A DNA stretch of 64,000 nt from a virus. Position numbers and translations under genes: made by a program. Every line of letters starts with the position of its first letter. The first letter of the stretch is position 1. Below the pieces are notes generated by a model, which saw only the letters and a list, made by a program, of their open reading frames with translations, made no database searches and had not been told where the DNA came from. The DNA lies in IMG/VR virus record IMGVR_UViG_3300023112_000009, positions 32,001 to 96,000 of that record. One strand, 5' to 3'. This document shows, piece after piece, positions 48,092 through 56,900 of this stretch.

Positions 48092-48501
48092 TAGATTTTA
48101 TCTCTTTTCAAGCGAATCCACCTAATTAGGTGACGCCGGGTAGTAGGGCCACGAAACTCGTGTCCATCGCCAAGTTCGCGATGTACCAAATTGTGACATT
48201 CTACGCAGAGCCTAATCGTGGGTCTTGCTGATTGTGTGGCCAATCGCTCCTCATTAGAGACAAATGACGCTTTAGGAACTAAGTGATGACGAGTAATGAG
48301 TTCGCTGTTTGACTTGAACGTTTTTAAGCAGGCCGCACACGGTATCATGCTCCTAGCGGTGTTTGAACGCACCTTTCTGAGCTTTTCACTAAGCTTCTTA
48401 ATGAGAGGGCGTACGTCCTGGTTTCTGGTTCGTTTTAAAGACTGCACAATGGCATCGAGTTCAACCTCGTCCAGTTTGGTCTTGATGGCAATGTTGTCCA
48501 T
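48091..48501 (-). CDS. HNH endonuclease
   Basis: CAAC...HHLVP...LCVECHNLVH. Confidence 0.75.
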   Translation of the reverse strand: MDNIAIKTKLDEVELDAIVQSLKRTRNQDVRPLIKKLSEKLRKVRSNTARSMIPCAACLKTFKSNSELITRHHLVPKASFVSNEERLATQSARPTIRLCVECHNLVHRELGDGHEFRGPTTRRHLIRWIRLKRDKI

Positions 48502-48707
48502 TATGGTTTAGGGCAAGCCTGATACTCTCCAAAACTACCATGAGTGATGTAGTTAGAGTTAATCAGGAAGGAAAGGTCGCATTGCGTGCGATGGAGTTGG
48601 GTATCTAGCTCTAGAGCGATCTCGCTAGCGGTCATGGGGGCACCACCATCCTCTAGTAGCTCGATGATCTTCTGTTGCCTCAGGGGGAGGTCTTTGGATG
48701 TGTACAT
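48501..48707 (-). CDS. winged-HTH protein
   Basis: RQQKIIELL..PMTASEIA.EL..RTQCDL..L; ATG 5 nt after TATACT. Confidence 0.65.
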   Translation of the reverse strand: MYTSKDLPLRQQKIIELLEDGGAPMTASEIALELDTQLHRTQCDLSFLINSNYITHGSFGEYQACPKP

Positions 48708-49093
48708 GTCACAGTATAGCCGCATTAGCGGCTAAGTCAAGCTACTTTCCTGTAAAAGACAACATAAGAACGGCCAGTCGAGAAGTCTTCATCTTCTACA
48801 CGAACCACGATTTGGAGAACCCAGTCGCCATCTGGGGTTTGATAGAAGTCGGCGTGAGGGATTGTAGTCATGTTATTTTTAAGCGAATCCTAATCCCTAT
48901 AGAGAACAAAAGAAGTCTTACAGGAACAACCAGTAGAAAGACAGGCAGGACAGGTGTAGGCGAGGGCGTTCGTGTGACTAGAGTCTACCACGATTTTGAG
49001 ACCACAGCAAGAACATTCGTACGTTTCATCTTCATTGCTTCGTTCTTCTTGATTCTTCATATTGACCACAGGTGTACACACACTCACTATAAG

Positions 49094-49300
49094 TTAACGG
49101 AGGGCCTGCGTAGTGACGTGGTAGGATGCTTCTGCCAGTTTCGCAGCAGCGGCAGCAGAATCAGCCGTTTCTATGTCCCTCAGGATCACAGTAAGCCTGC
49201 CCAGCCGCTCCTCAGCCGTCTTAGCACTGAGCCCTTGTTCCTTTTGTAGTAGGATCTGTTCCCATAGAAGATTGATCTCTTGTCTTAGTTGTTCTTTCAT
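49094..49300 (-). CDS. hypothetical protein
   Basis: 68 aa helical ORF. Confidence 0.45.
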   Translation of the reverse strand: MKEQLRQEINLLWEQILLQKEQGLSAKTAEERLGRLTVILRDIETADSAAAAAKLAEASYHVTTQALR

Positions 49301-49561
49301 GTGGGAATGATACGCTTTAAAACGTACTCTGTCAAGGTAAAAATCTTTTTAACTTCCAGCTTGACTTCCTGTGGTTTGAGTGTACTATGAATACTCACGC
49401 AGAGACGGACTGCCGATGCATGAGGTGAGGGGTAGTACCCTGGATACACTGCTTGAGTGGCTGAAGTTAAACGTAGAGGATAGTCAGACCAAAGGCTTGA
49501 AATGACAGAAATGGGGTTTGCGGGTATCAAACCGTCTCATTGATGTTTTCCTTGTTTTTCC

Positions 49562-49590
49562 TTGACATAGGGCGTATTTCGTCGTATAAT
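49562..49590 (+). promoter_or_regulatory. consensus sigma70 promoter for the tRNA(CAU)
   Basis: TTGACA-N17-TATAAT. Confidence 0.85.
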
Positions 49591-49614
49591 GAGGTACTTG
49601 AAAACACATAGTGT

Positions 49615-49690
49615 CGCGGGGTGGAGCAGTAGGTAGCTCGCCAGACCCATAATCTGGAGGTCGTAGGTTCGAATCCTACCCCCGCTACCA
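49615..49690 (+). tRNA. initiator-type tRNA-fMet(CAU)
   Basis: CGCGGGGTGGAGCAG..GTAGCTCG fMet body, C1:U72 mismatch, loop CC CAT AA, CCA. Confidence 0.85.
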
Positions 49691-49843
49691 ATACACCAGC
49701 CATGACCCATGAGCCCGACCGTGGCTGGTTTCGTAGGGGCAACGTAAAGAAGTGGACAACCAGGATTGGCAGCCTATCAACAATCCTGACAAAACCACAG
49801 CCGTCAGGCTGACGGAAGCGGTCGCAACAAGATCGCCCCTAAA

Positions 49844-49872
49844 AGGACCAGACATTAGTCTGGTCCTATTTT
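49844..49872 (+). terminator. intrinsic terminator
   Basis: AGGACCAGAC-ATTA-GTCTGGTCCT followed by ATTTT. Confidence 0.65.
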
Positions 49873-49902
49873 ATAGCAAAGAAGTAAGGACGCCACGCTA
49901 CT

Positions 49903-50391
49903 ATGGATCGCTTTTGGAACAAGGTACAGAAACTACCGGGGGTCAATACCTGCTGGTTGTGGACCGCTGGAAAAGACAGATATGGATACGGACAGTTTAA
50001 GCTGGACGGTAAGGTTGTACGTGCTCATCAGGTTAGCTGGAAAATCGAGAAGCGTGTGAATCCTTCTTACTTATGTCATACTTGTGACAATCGTGCCTGT
50101 GTGAACCCAGCACACTTGTACGAAGGTAGTCACGCTAGCAACATGAGCGACAAAAAGCACCGCAACCTTACATGGAGTAAATATGACCCTCATGTGATTA
50201 GACGTATTCGTAGGAAGTATGCCGTAGGTTTTTCAAGTGGACAACTCTCGAAAGAATTTAATATCCCTAGGAGCACCGTACTCAATATTCTAGACGGTAA
50301 GCTCTGTAGGAGCACCGGGGGTCCAATTAGAGATCCTAATTTTAGATACTATGGCAATCGCTTTAAAAAAGCCATTCCTAGAAAATCGTAG
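49903..50391 (+). CDS. HNH homing endonuclease
   Basis: RFWNKV, CWLW, GYG, CHTCDNRACVNPAHL. Confidence 0.9.
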   Translation: MDRFWNKVQKLPGVNTCWLWTAGKDRYGYGQFKLDGKVVRAHQVSWKIEKRVNPSYLCHTCDNRACVNPAHLYEGSHASNMSDKKHRNLTWSKYDPHVIRRIRRKYAVGFSSGQLSKEFNIPRSTVLNILDGKLCRSTGGPIRDPNFRYYGNRFKKAIPRKS

Positions 50392-50589
50392 CAGTGTGGC
50401 GAAACGCCTTACTATGCTCAAAATTCCATCAGTGTCAGTTCTCCCCTTACTGTATCCGGGGAGGCAGGGATGAAGCCTGCCACTTATGTCCCCTCTGGGG
50501 AACCCCGAATGGGGTGACTTCTCCGCTCAAGGCGGCTACTCGGGTTGGGCGAAGTCACTACTCCCAACGCGGTAACAGAGTATACCCTG

Positions 50590-50889
50590 TTATTCTAGAA
50601 AGTCAAGCAAAGGATCCGAAATCTTATGCCCTTCCTGAAGTAAATTGTAATGGCCAGTGCAAAAGTTCTTGCCGTCAAGCAAAAAAGACGCTTCTTGTTT
50701 GCACCTGATATGGAAGCATTCCACAGGTTTTTCCAGCATTTGCGTTAAATGATCTCGCAATCGCTCGGCCTCTTCTCTTTCGAGCATACGATAGACGTAA
50801 TCGGCATCATCCGACTGAATTTCTATCCTAAGCTCTAAACGATTCTTATGCCAATCGTTTTGGACGGTGATCGTTTCTTGTAAGTACAT
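50590..50889 (-). CDS. hypothetical protein
   Basis: about 100 aa with a C-terminal C..C...C.H cluster. Confidence 0.5.
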   Translation of the reverse strand: MYLQETITVQNDWHKNRLELRIEIQSDDADYVYRMLEREEAERLRDHLTQMLEKPVECFHIRCKQEASFLLDGKNFCTGHYNLLQEGHKISDPLLDFLE

Positions 50890-51140
50890 GCCCAATCATA
50901 CCCTTAGGATCTAACCCTGTCAACATGTTTCTAATAGTTTCTTATACTCTATGTTATTCTTTATTTTCAAGCATCTTCTGGGGTTGGCCGTAAGGGCAAC
51001 CTTATATAGTACAGAGAACGCTTGGTTTTTCTGACTTTCCGAGATTTATTTAGATTCTATTTGACTTTCCAGGACTTAGAGCTATACTCTCCATGTTCGA
51101 TCAATGAAACGCCCCAACGGGCACAACCAAACACAAGACT

Positions 51141-51395
51141 ATGACCACCACGAAAAAGACCACGAAAAAGAATTCCAAGCCCGTTGCCACCACTATCAAG
51201 CGAGGCCGGGGCCGTCCCGCTAGCTTCCCCGCTGACGTGGCAACCCGTGCGATGCTCTCCACGATCCCCGTTGACAGCATCACCCAATTGCACGAACTCA
51301 AGACGAAATGGGGTGTCAACCTCAATCAAGCCCTGGCCCGCGTGCTACAACGGGCACACAAGGACACTTTCCGCTCCCGCTCGAAAAAGAGCTAA
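51141..51395 (+). CDS. basic DNA-binding protein with AT-hook-like motif
   Basis: KRGRGRPASF; promoter TTGACT-N16-TATACT at 51061-51088. Confidence 0.65.
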   Translation: MTTTKKTTKKNSKPVATTIKRGRGRPASFPADVATRAMLSTIPVDSITQLHELKTKWGVNLNQALARVLQRAHKDTFRSRSKKS

Positions 51396-51527
51396 GCCCA
51401 CAGGAACAGGCCACCCAATCGGGTGGCTTTTTTCTTTTCTCCCGATTCTGTTTGCATTCCTCCCAATTGTGGGTATACTGTTTGTGAATCGAGGGAACGC
51501 CCTCACAACCCTAACCAACACAAAGCC

Positions 51528-52595
51528 ATGAGCACTGATATCACAGGATTTTTCAACGCCCGCACCGATACGGATCAAGCGGCCAAAAGCATCTTCTTGG
51601 GTGTCGAGGGTGAAACCTCAGACCGCATCATTTCCGATCTTCCCACGTTTTTGGAGACTGCCGGGAGAGACTACGGCATCCTTCGGAAGCCCGCACTGGT
51701 TCGCGATCCCTTCGGTGGGGTTGACGCCCAAGGGAACGTCTGTGAGGCGATTCGCGAGGTGGACAATCAATATCACCTCTCCCGCACGAGTGACGGGCGA
51801 GTCGTGAGCCCGCACACTGTCACGAAACAGTACGCCCCTCTCACTTTGATGGACGTGGCAACCGAAATCAAGCCCTGGCTTGACGCGGGTTGGGTGACTC
51901 CCGATGCCGTTTTCAGCGGCAAAAACGAAAGTCTCGAATTGCTCTGTCTCAGGATGGATGCAAACGGTATGCTTCCCAACGGGGAGCAATGGCAACACTA
52001 CATTATCTTGCGTCTTCCGCACGCTGCGGGCGGCAAGTGCAAGGGTCAAGTGGTGAATTTCCGTCCCCAGTGTTCCAACGTGTACGCTGCAATCGGACGT
52101 GGAAACGAGTTCACGATCTCTCACAGGATTTCGAGCAAGATGGACGACGCGGAACGTCAAGCCGCAATGCTCGCCCGTGTCAAGATGGCTAAGAACGCCT
52201 GGAAGACCGCACAGGATCACATTGAGGTTCTGGCCCGCAAGGTCAACGCATGGAGCGGGAAAGCTCTCACGGTGACTCAGGCTGTCAACCTCACGAACAC
52301 CCTTCTGGGGATCAAGTCTCTTGACGACGCTAGCGGTGTCGCTAAGAACAAACAGGAAGCGATCCTAAACGGGTTCGATCTTCCGGAGTTCGGAACGCAC
52401 GGGGCCACCCTTTACGATTGGGTGAACGCTGTCACGTTCTACACGTCAAGCCCTAACTCACCCGTAGTGGCGAAATCTACGGTCAACCCGATTGATCGTA
52501 TGATCCGCAACGTGGATCCCCAGGGTACGGGGTTCAAGATGGAAGACGCGGCCCAAAAGCTTGCGGCCCGATTCCTCGGGGGTGACTTCCAGTAA
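51528..52595 (+). CDS. DUF932-like phage/plasmid protein
   Basis: overall pattern RTSDG..V...Y, RPQCSN, SH, GATLYDWVNAVTFY; own promoter. Confidence 0.6.
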   Translation: MSTDITGFFNARTDTDQAAKSIFLGVEGETSDRIISDLPTFLETAGRDYGILRKPALVRDPFGGVDAQGNVCEAIREVDNQYHLSRTSDGRVVSPHTVTKQYAPLTLMDVATEIKPWLDAGWVTPDAVFSGKNESLELLCLRMDANGMLPNGEQWQHYIILRLPHAAGGKCKGQVVNFRPQCSNVYAAIGRGNEFTISHRISSKMDDAERQAAMLARVKMAKNAWKTAQDHIEVLARKVNAWSGKALTVTQAVNLTNTLLGIKSLDDASGVAKNKQEAILNGFDLPEFGTHGATLYDWVNAVTFYTSSPNSPVVAKSTVNPIDRMIRNVDPQGTGFKMEDAAQKLAARFLGGDFQ

Positions 52596-52600
52596 ATAAC

Positions 52601-52642
52601 CTAGGGGCCAGGGTTGACAAGCCCTGGCCCCTATGCTATACT
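52601..52642 (+). promoter_or_regulatory. hairpin overlapping a promoter
   Basis: TAGGGGCCAGGGTT-GACA-AGCCCTGGCCCCTA with TTGACA at the apex and TATACT downstream. Confidence 0.6.
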
Positions 52643-52650
52643 GTATTCAC

Positions 52651-52872
52651 ATGGGAAGACATACCATTGGGGACCGACGCGGTTCCGTTCGGGGGGCTCC
52701 CCCCGACGTTTACATGGGGTTTGCATCGGCTGACGATGGGGACTCGGAAGCGATGGACGAAGCCATCACTTTGTTTGGCCGGTTTGTATTGTATGCTGTC
52801 GGCTCAATTGTTCTTGCTACAATCGCGGTAATCTTTTCGGCTGTCGGGTGCATTCCTGATATTTCGGATTGA
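52651..52872 (+). CDS. small membrane protein
   Basis: C-terminal TM segment; ATG shortly after TATACT. Confidence 0.5.
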   Translation: MGRHTIGDRRGSVRGAPPDVYMGFASADDGDSEAMDEAITLFGRFVLYAVGSIVLATIAVIFSAVGCIPDISD

Positions 52873-52951
52873 TCTTTTTTCAGGGAGTCGCTTGACAAAG
52901 CGGCTCCCTGAGGTATACTGTCAGTGTTCGAGAGGACATGAAAACTCATAT

Positions 52952-53144
52952 GGGGCGGTAGCTCAGTCTGGCCAGAGCGGGGGGATAATCTCCCTCGATC
53001 AAAGGGTCTTAGCTAAGGATGTTTAGGGTAGCTCCCGAAGGTGTCCACGGCAGCAAAATAGTAGCCTATTCTGTTAGATCTAATGATGTTGCTAAATACT
53101 AGTACGTGCAATTTGTCGCAGGTTCGAATCCTGCCCGCCTCACC
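52952..53144 (+). ncRNA. tRNA-shaped RNA with a ~115-nt insertion
   Basis: GGGGCGG/CCGCCTC acceptor, GCTC/GAGC D stem, GCAGG-TTCGAAT-CCTGC T arm; promoter TTGACA-N16-TATACT at 52892-52919. Confidence 0.7.
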
Positions 53145-53337
53145 TTTTTCCCAGTTTTCACTTGACAGCCTGTAAGGCGTTTTCAGCCCGCGAGGAATAT
53201 GCCCGCGTGTCTATACTACGTCCGATTGTAAAAAGGTCGGGAGAACGGCTTAGAGAGCGTCTGAGAGAAAATCGCCCTCTTGAAAAAAGAAAAGGGTTAT
53301 CTACTTGCTTTCTGTTCTTTCGAGGGTATACTCTGGC

Positions 53338-53970
53338 ATGACGATCAAAGCACTAGAACAAGCCATCGGCGGGCTTTCCAATCCCTCCAAAATGCCGGGA
53401 TGGTCCTATGGGATCCCGGCTTCCGCGTGCAAGATCGGGGCCATCCTTCGCAAGATCAAGCGTAGCGTGTGCTCCAAGTGTTACGCTTTCAAGGGTATGT
53501 ATGTTTTCCCGGTTGTGAAGGAAGCACAAGCCCGTAGGCTTGCCATTCTCACGGGGGATCTTGAAACGTGGCAAGGGGATATGATCCAATTGCTTTCTTT
53601 CAAGTATCGCAAGAAAACGGGGGACGATAGGGTATTTCGCTGGCATGACGCGGGGGATATCCAATCGGAGGATCATTTTCAAGCGATTGTGAATATCGCT
53701 CTTGCCCTTCCCGATATCCAATTCTGGATTCCCACAAAAGAGTATGACCTGATTCGCCAGCACGCCCACAAGGCCCCTGCTAACCTCGTGGTGAGGGTTT
53801 CGGCCCCGATGCTAGGGGATACCCTTCCCATGATCCCCGGCACGGTAGGGAGCACGGTAGGGACCGGCAAGGGCTTTGTCTGTGGAGCGTACACTCGGGA
53901 AGGCAAGTGTGGACCCTGCCGAGCGTGTTGGGATAAATCGGTGGAATGGGTTGACTATCCCCAGCACTAG
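53338..53970 (+). CDS. phage Gp88-like protein
   Basis: LSNPSKMPG.S..IPA..C, C..CYA.KG.Y, FRWHDAGD, W.PT, C..CRACW. Confidence 0.75.
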   Translation: MTIKALEQAIGGLSNPSKMPGWSYGIPASACKIGAILRKIKRSVCSKCYAFKGMYVFPVVKEAQARRLAILTGDLETWQGDMIQLLSFKYRKKTGDDRVFRWHDAGDIQSEDHFQAIVNIALALPDIQFWIPTKEYDLIRQHAHKAPANLVVRVSAPMLGDTLPMIPGTVGSTVGTGKGFVCGAYTREGKCGPCRACWDKSVEWVDYPQH

Positions 53971-54328
53971 GGTATACTAGAGTGTCGCTTAGGAAGTGGC
54001 CTCGCTGGACTCGCAAGAGAATGGTCAGCGTCGGGGGCTCCGATCAAGGGGAAACGGAGAAGCGACTATGAATGAGTGAGGCCCGGTGTCAAAACCGGGT
54101 CTCTTCTCTTAGACCTCCTGTAAGCTCGCTCACGGCCACCGGCTCAAATCCGCGTGTCTATACTACCTTGTTTTGGACTCGTGCCCGCCTAGGGGCCTTG
54201 TAGGCCGCACAATGGCTTATCTTATTTCTAGCAAAATCTCCTTGCCTTCCTGTGTTTTGACCGTATAATGTACCCATGAACGCGGACGATCAATACGACT
54301 GGTGGGAAAGCAAACCCAAGGAAAAACA

Positions 54329-54640
54329 ATGAATCAAGTCATCGAATGGATTTGGCAACGGCCCGCACGGGCTTTCAAGGTCTACTACAAGGGCAGCCGC
54401 TCCAATGCGATCACAGAGAAGTGTATCGAGTGTGCCTGCACGCTCAAGGAGGCCAAGGAGTGTGAGATCTCCGATTGTGCCCTATGGTGCTTCCGTCCCG
54501 GTGCTACCAAGGGAGAGGTTCCCTCGTTCGTACCGCCTCAGGACGAGCTACAAGCCTTGGCAGACGCTAAGGTTCCCGATGCTGTCCGCGAGCACGCTCG
54601 CAAGATGGGCAACGCACGGAAGGAAGCTAGCGAGGAGTGA
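54329..54640 (+). CDS. hypothetical protein
   Basis: AI..KC.EC...C...DC.LW.FRP. Confidence 0.65.
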   Translation: MNQVIEWIWQRPARAFKVYYKGSRSNAITEKCIECACTLKEAKECEISDCALWCFRPGATKGEVPSFVPPQDELQALADAKVPDAVREHARKMGNARKEASEE

Positions 54641-54693
54641 GGTTTCTCCTAATCCTGCTTGACTTCTACCCATTTCTAGGGTATTATCTAAAC

Positions 54694-54852
54694 ATGAAGA
54701 GAAGGAAGAAAAAGAGAAAGCCCAAGGCGGCTGAACAAGGACAACGGGGGGCAGGAGCTATGGCCAACGCTACCCGTGGTAGGGCACGACGATTCACTGA
54801 CAAGCCCAAAGCGGCTAACAAGACAGCCTGTAGGGGCAAGGTAGAACTATGA
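54694..54852 (+). CDS. small basic protein
   Basis: MKRRKKKRKPK...ANKTACRG. Confidence 0.5.
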   Translation: MKRRKKKRKPKAAEQGQRGAGAMANATRGRARRFTDKPKAANKTACRGKVEL

Positions 54853-55013
54853 GCACGGACGAAATGAATGCGATCCTAGGCCCGTGTCCTATTTGCAAAA
54901 AGGTCAAGTGGTGGTATAATGACTTGCCGCTTAGGGCCTTCTGCTGGGGATCACCAGACGACGAACACAAAGAGGTGTCCAGGGTGGCACCAACACAACG
55001 CAAGTACGCATGA
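54849..55013 (+). CDS. small hypothetical protein
   Basis: ATGA-coupled; CPIC motif. Confidence 0.45.
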   Translation: MSTDEMNAILGPCPICKKVKWWYNDLPLRAFCWGSPDDEHKEVSRVAPTQRKYA

Positions 55014-55183
55014 AAGAACGAATCGAAGCTTTCTTGGCAGCCCTAGCAGCCGCGTCCTACTACGATCCTAGCTCGGATAGCTCAGAAGTATTTCAAGGTA
55101 TGTTCATCGAGCCCGATGGGGATTACATTGATAGACAAGAGTTGGAAGCATTAGTGAAAGAACATTTGACTTCCACCGATTAG
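55010..55183 (+). CDS. small acidic protein
   Basis: ATGA-coupled; MKERIEAFLAAL... Confidence 0.45.
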   Translation: MKERIEAFLAALAAASYYDPSSDSSEVFQGMFIEPDGDYIDRQELEALVKEHLTSTD

Positions 55184-55199
55184 GTGTTATACTGTAACC

Positions 55200-55430
55200 A
55201 TGAGCGAACAAATCACAATCACAGAGAAGGTCCGCATTGGACTGGACGAACTGATCGCAGACTACAAAGCCTGTTGGTCATGGCAACACGAAAGCTTCTA
55301 TTCCTTCCTGAGTGAGAAGGTGGCAGAAAAACTGGATCGTGAACTGGACAACTTCCAGGTTATGTGCTACTCTGTAGTAGGTCACGAACACGACGCCGTT
55401 ATCTTTGAAGTCGAGAGGTACGAAGAATGA
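55200..55430 (+). CDS. hypothetical protein
   Basis: ATG 6 nt after TATACT. Confidence 0.6.
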   Translation: MSEQITITEKVRIGLDELIADYKACWSWQHESFYSFLSEKVAEKLDRELDNFQVMCYSVVGHEHDAVIFEVERYEE

Positions 55431-55627
55431 CACTACGCTGCAAAACCTGCAACTCAAGCGACGTTCGGCAAGAGTGGACGGCCATGATTGACCCGAACGA
55501 CGACGATTGCATGAAGGACTTTGACCCCACCACGTTGGAGTACAATGAGTTTGAGTACTGTCTTGACTGCGAAGACACGACGGACACCTACGACGACACG
55601 ATGAAAGACTTCAACTATTACGCTTGA
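55427..55627 (+). CDS. acidic zinc-ribbon protein
   Basis: CKTC...CLDC, D/E-rich. Confidence 0.6.
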   Translation: MTLRCKTCNSSDVRQEWTAMIDPNDDDCMKDFDPTTLEYNEFEYCLDCEDTTDTYDDTMKDFNYYA

Positions 55628-55656
55628 CATTCTCTGTTTTCAAGCTATACTAGAGC

Positions 55657-55911
55657 ATGAAGAAAGAAAAACTAGCTCTCATCAAGGTCATGGACGAGTG
55701 TTTGTGTTCGCCTGATGGAATGAGCGACAACGCTTACACGGTAGCATACGCTGCACTCGAAGACGATGATGAGATCGTGGATATCTTGGAAGCCGTAGAG
55801 GCGACCGATGGACGGTTCTACTTTCCCGAGTGTCATGTGGGCATTGAGAACATGCTCCGCGTAGACGTTGGGAGCCGACACGAACAGGACGAGCAGCCGT
55901 CCGAGGGATAA
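55657..55911 (+). CDS. acidic hypothetical protein
   Basis: ATG 5 nt after TATACT. Confidence 0.6.
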   Translation: MKKEKLALIKVMDECLCSPDGMSDNAYTVAYAALEDDDEIVDILEAVEATDGRFYFPECHVGIENMLRVDVGSRHEQDEQPSEG

Positions 55912-56345
55912 GAACCCAGAACAGGCTGAAACGGTATCTCTCACGCTGGGGAGCGGTAAGGGGGTGCCTTGAAAGGCGGAAGACTAAGCATGGGGTCGTT
56001 TGAACCGCTAATACCTCCCGCGATGGATCGCCCCCGATACGCACGGTCGAGAGGTATACTGCCACAATTGTAGAAGGCTGAGAAAACCCTTTACCTCTTT
56101 TTAGAAGTGCGGGAAAAGACGTTACTGTAAAAATAGGCTTCTGCCATATTGGCATAGGGAAAACTTTTCCACGTCAATTTGGCAGGCTCCTGTAAGCTCG
56201 CCTACGGCCACGGGCAAAAACGCAGGTAGTATAGACACGCGGGTTTGCCGCCATGCCCGTACAGGGCCGCACAGGACGTGCGAATTTCCAGCAACAAAAT
56301 CCGAAATCCGTTTGCTTCTCCCGATTGTGGAGGTATAATGAAGGC

Positions 56346-56891
56346 ATGAAAGCAATCAATCAAGCCACCCTGATCGACACGATCAACGCCGTCAAGGGTG
56401 CCACGTTCGCCACGATCATCACCGAAACCGATGCCCGCCTCAAGAAAACGGGCAACCCCTTCGGTCCCGTCCGCAAGATTTCCCGCGTCAACGTTTGCCT
56501 CGGTTTCCAGTATGAGGCCGCTGTAAATCGTCAACGCATCCGTGAGGATTCCGAGGCCGATTTCGAGGCCCGTCCGCGTCAATGGGGCGAGCGTATCTCG
56601 GCCATGCTGATCGGGCACAAGGGACGGACCTATCTCGAAACCAAGGTCCAGCGTGCTCTCGAAACGTCCTACATCGACGCCACGGGCAAGGAACTCTCCA
56701 AGGAAGATGTTCGCCCCTTCCTTCCTGCACGCTCCAAGAGCCGTCAAGAGGTCGCGGACGAGGTTATCGTCCGAGACTACGCTCTCGATTCGATCCGCTC
56801 GCTGGCCTTCGGTGGCGAAACGTACCTCTTGACTCAAGCAACGGCACCCGTGGCCGTCAAGATCGCCCGCACTCAACCCGTCACGAAATAA
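56346..56891 (+). CDS. phage hypothetical protein (cassette gene)
   Basis: ATG 7 nt after TATAAT; followed by the repeat hairpin. Confidence 0.7.
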   Translation: MKAINQATLIDTINAVKGATFATIITETDARLKKTGNPFGPVRKISRVNVCLGFQYEAAVNRQRIREDSEADFEARPRQWGERISAMLIGHKGRTYLETKVQRALETSYIDATGKELSKEDVRPFLPARSKSRQEVADEVIVRDYALDSIRSLAFGGETYLLTQATAPVAVKIARTQPVTK

Positions 56892-56900
56892 AGCCGCCAG

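Noticed and set aside
49297-49742. - strand ORFs 49297-49530 and 49527-49742
   Set aside because: The second is antisense to tRNA-fMet; the first has no start signal or motif
50900-51060. Replication origin or genome terminus at the AT-rich strand-switch region
   Set aside because: Only AT richness and divergent transcription; no iterons or terminal-repeat evidence within the window
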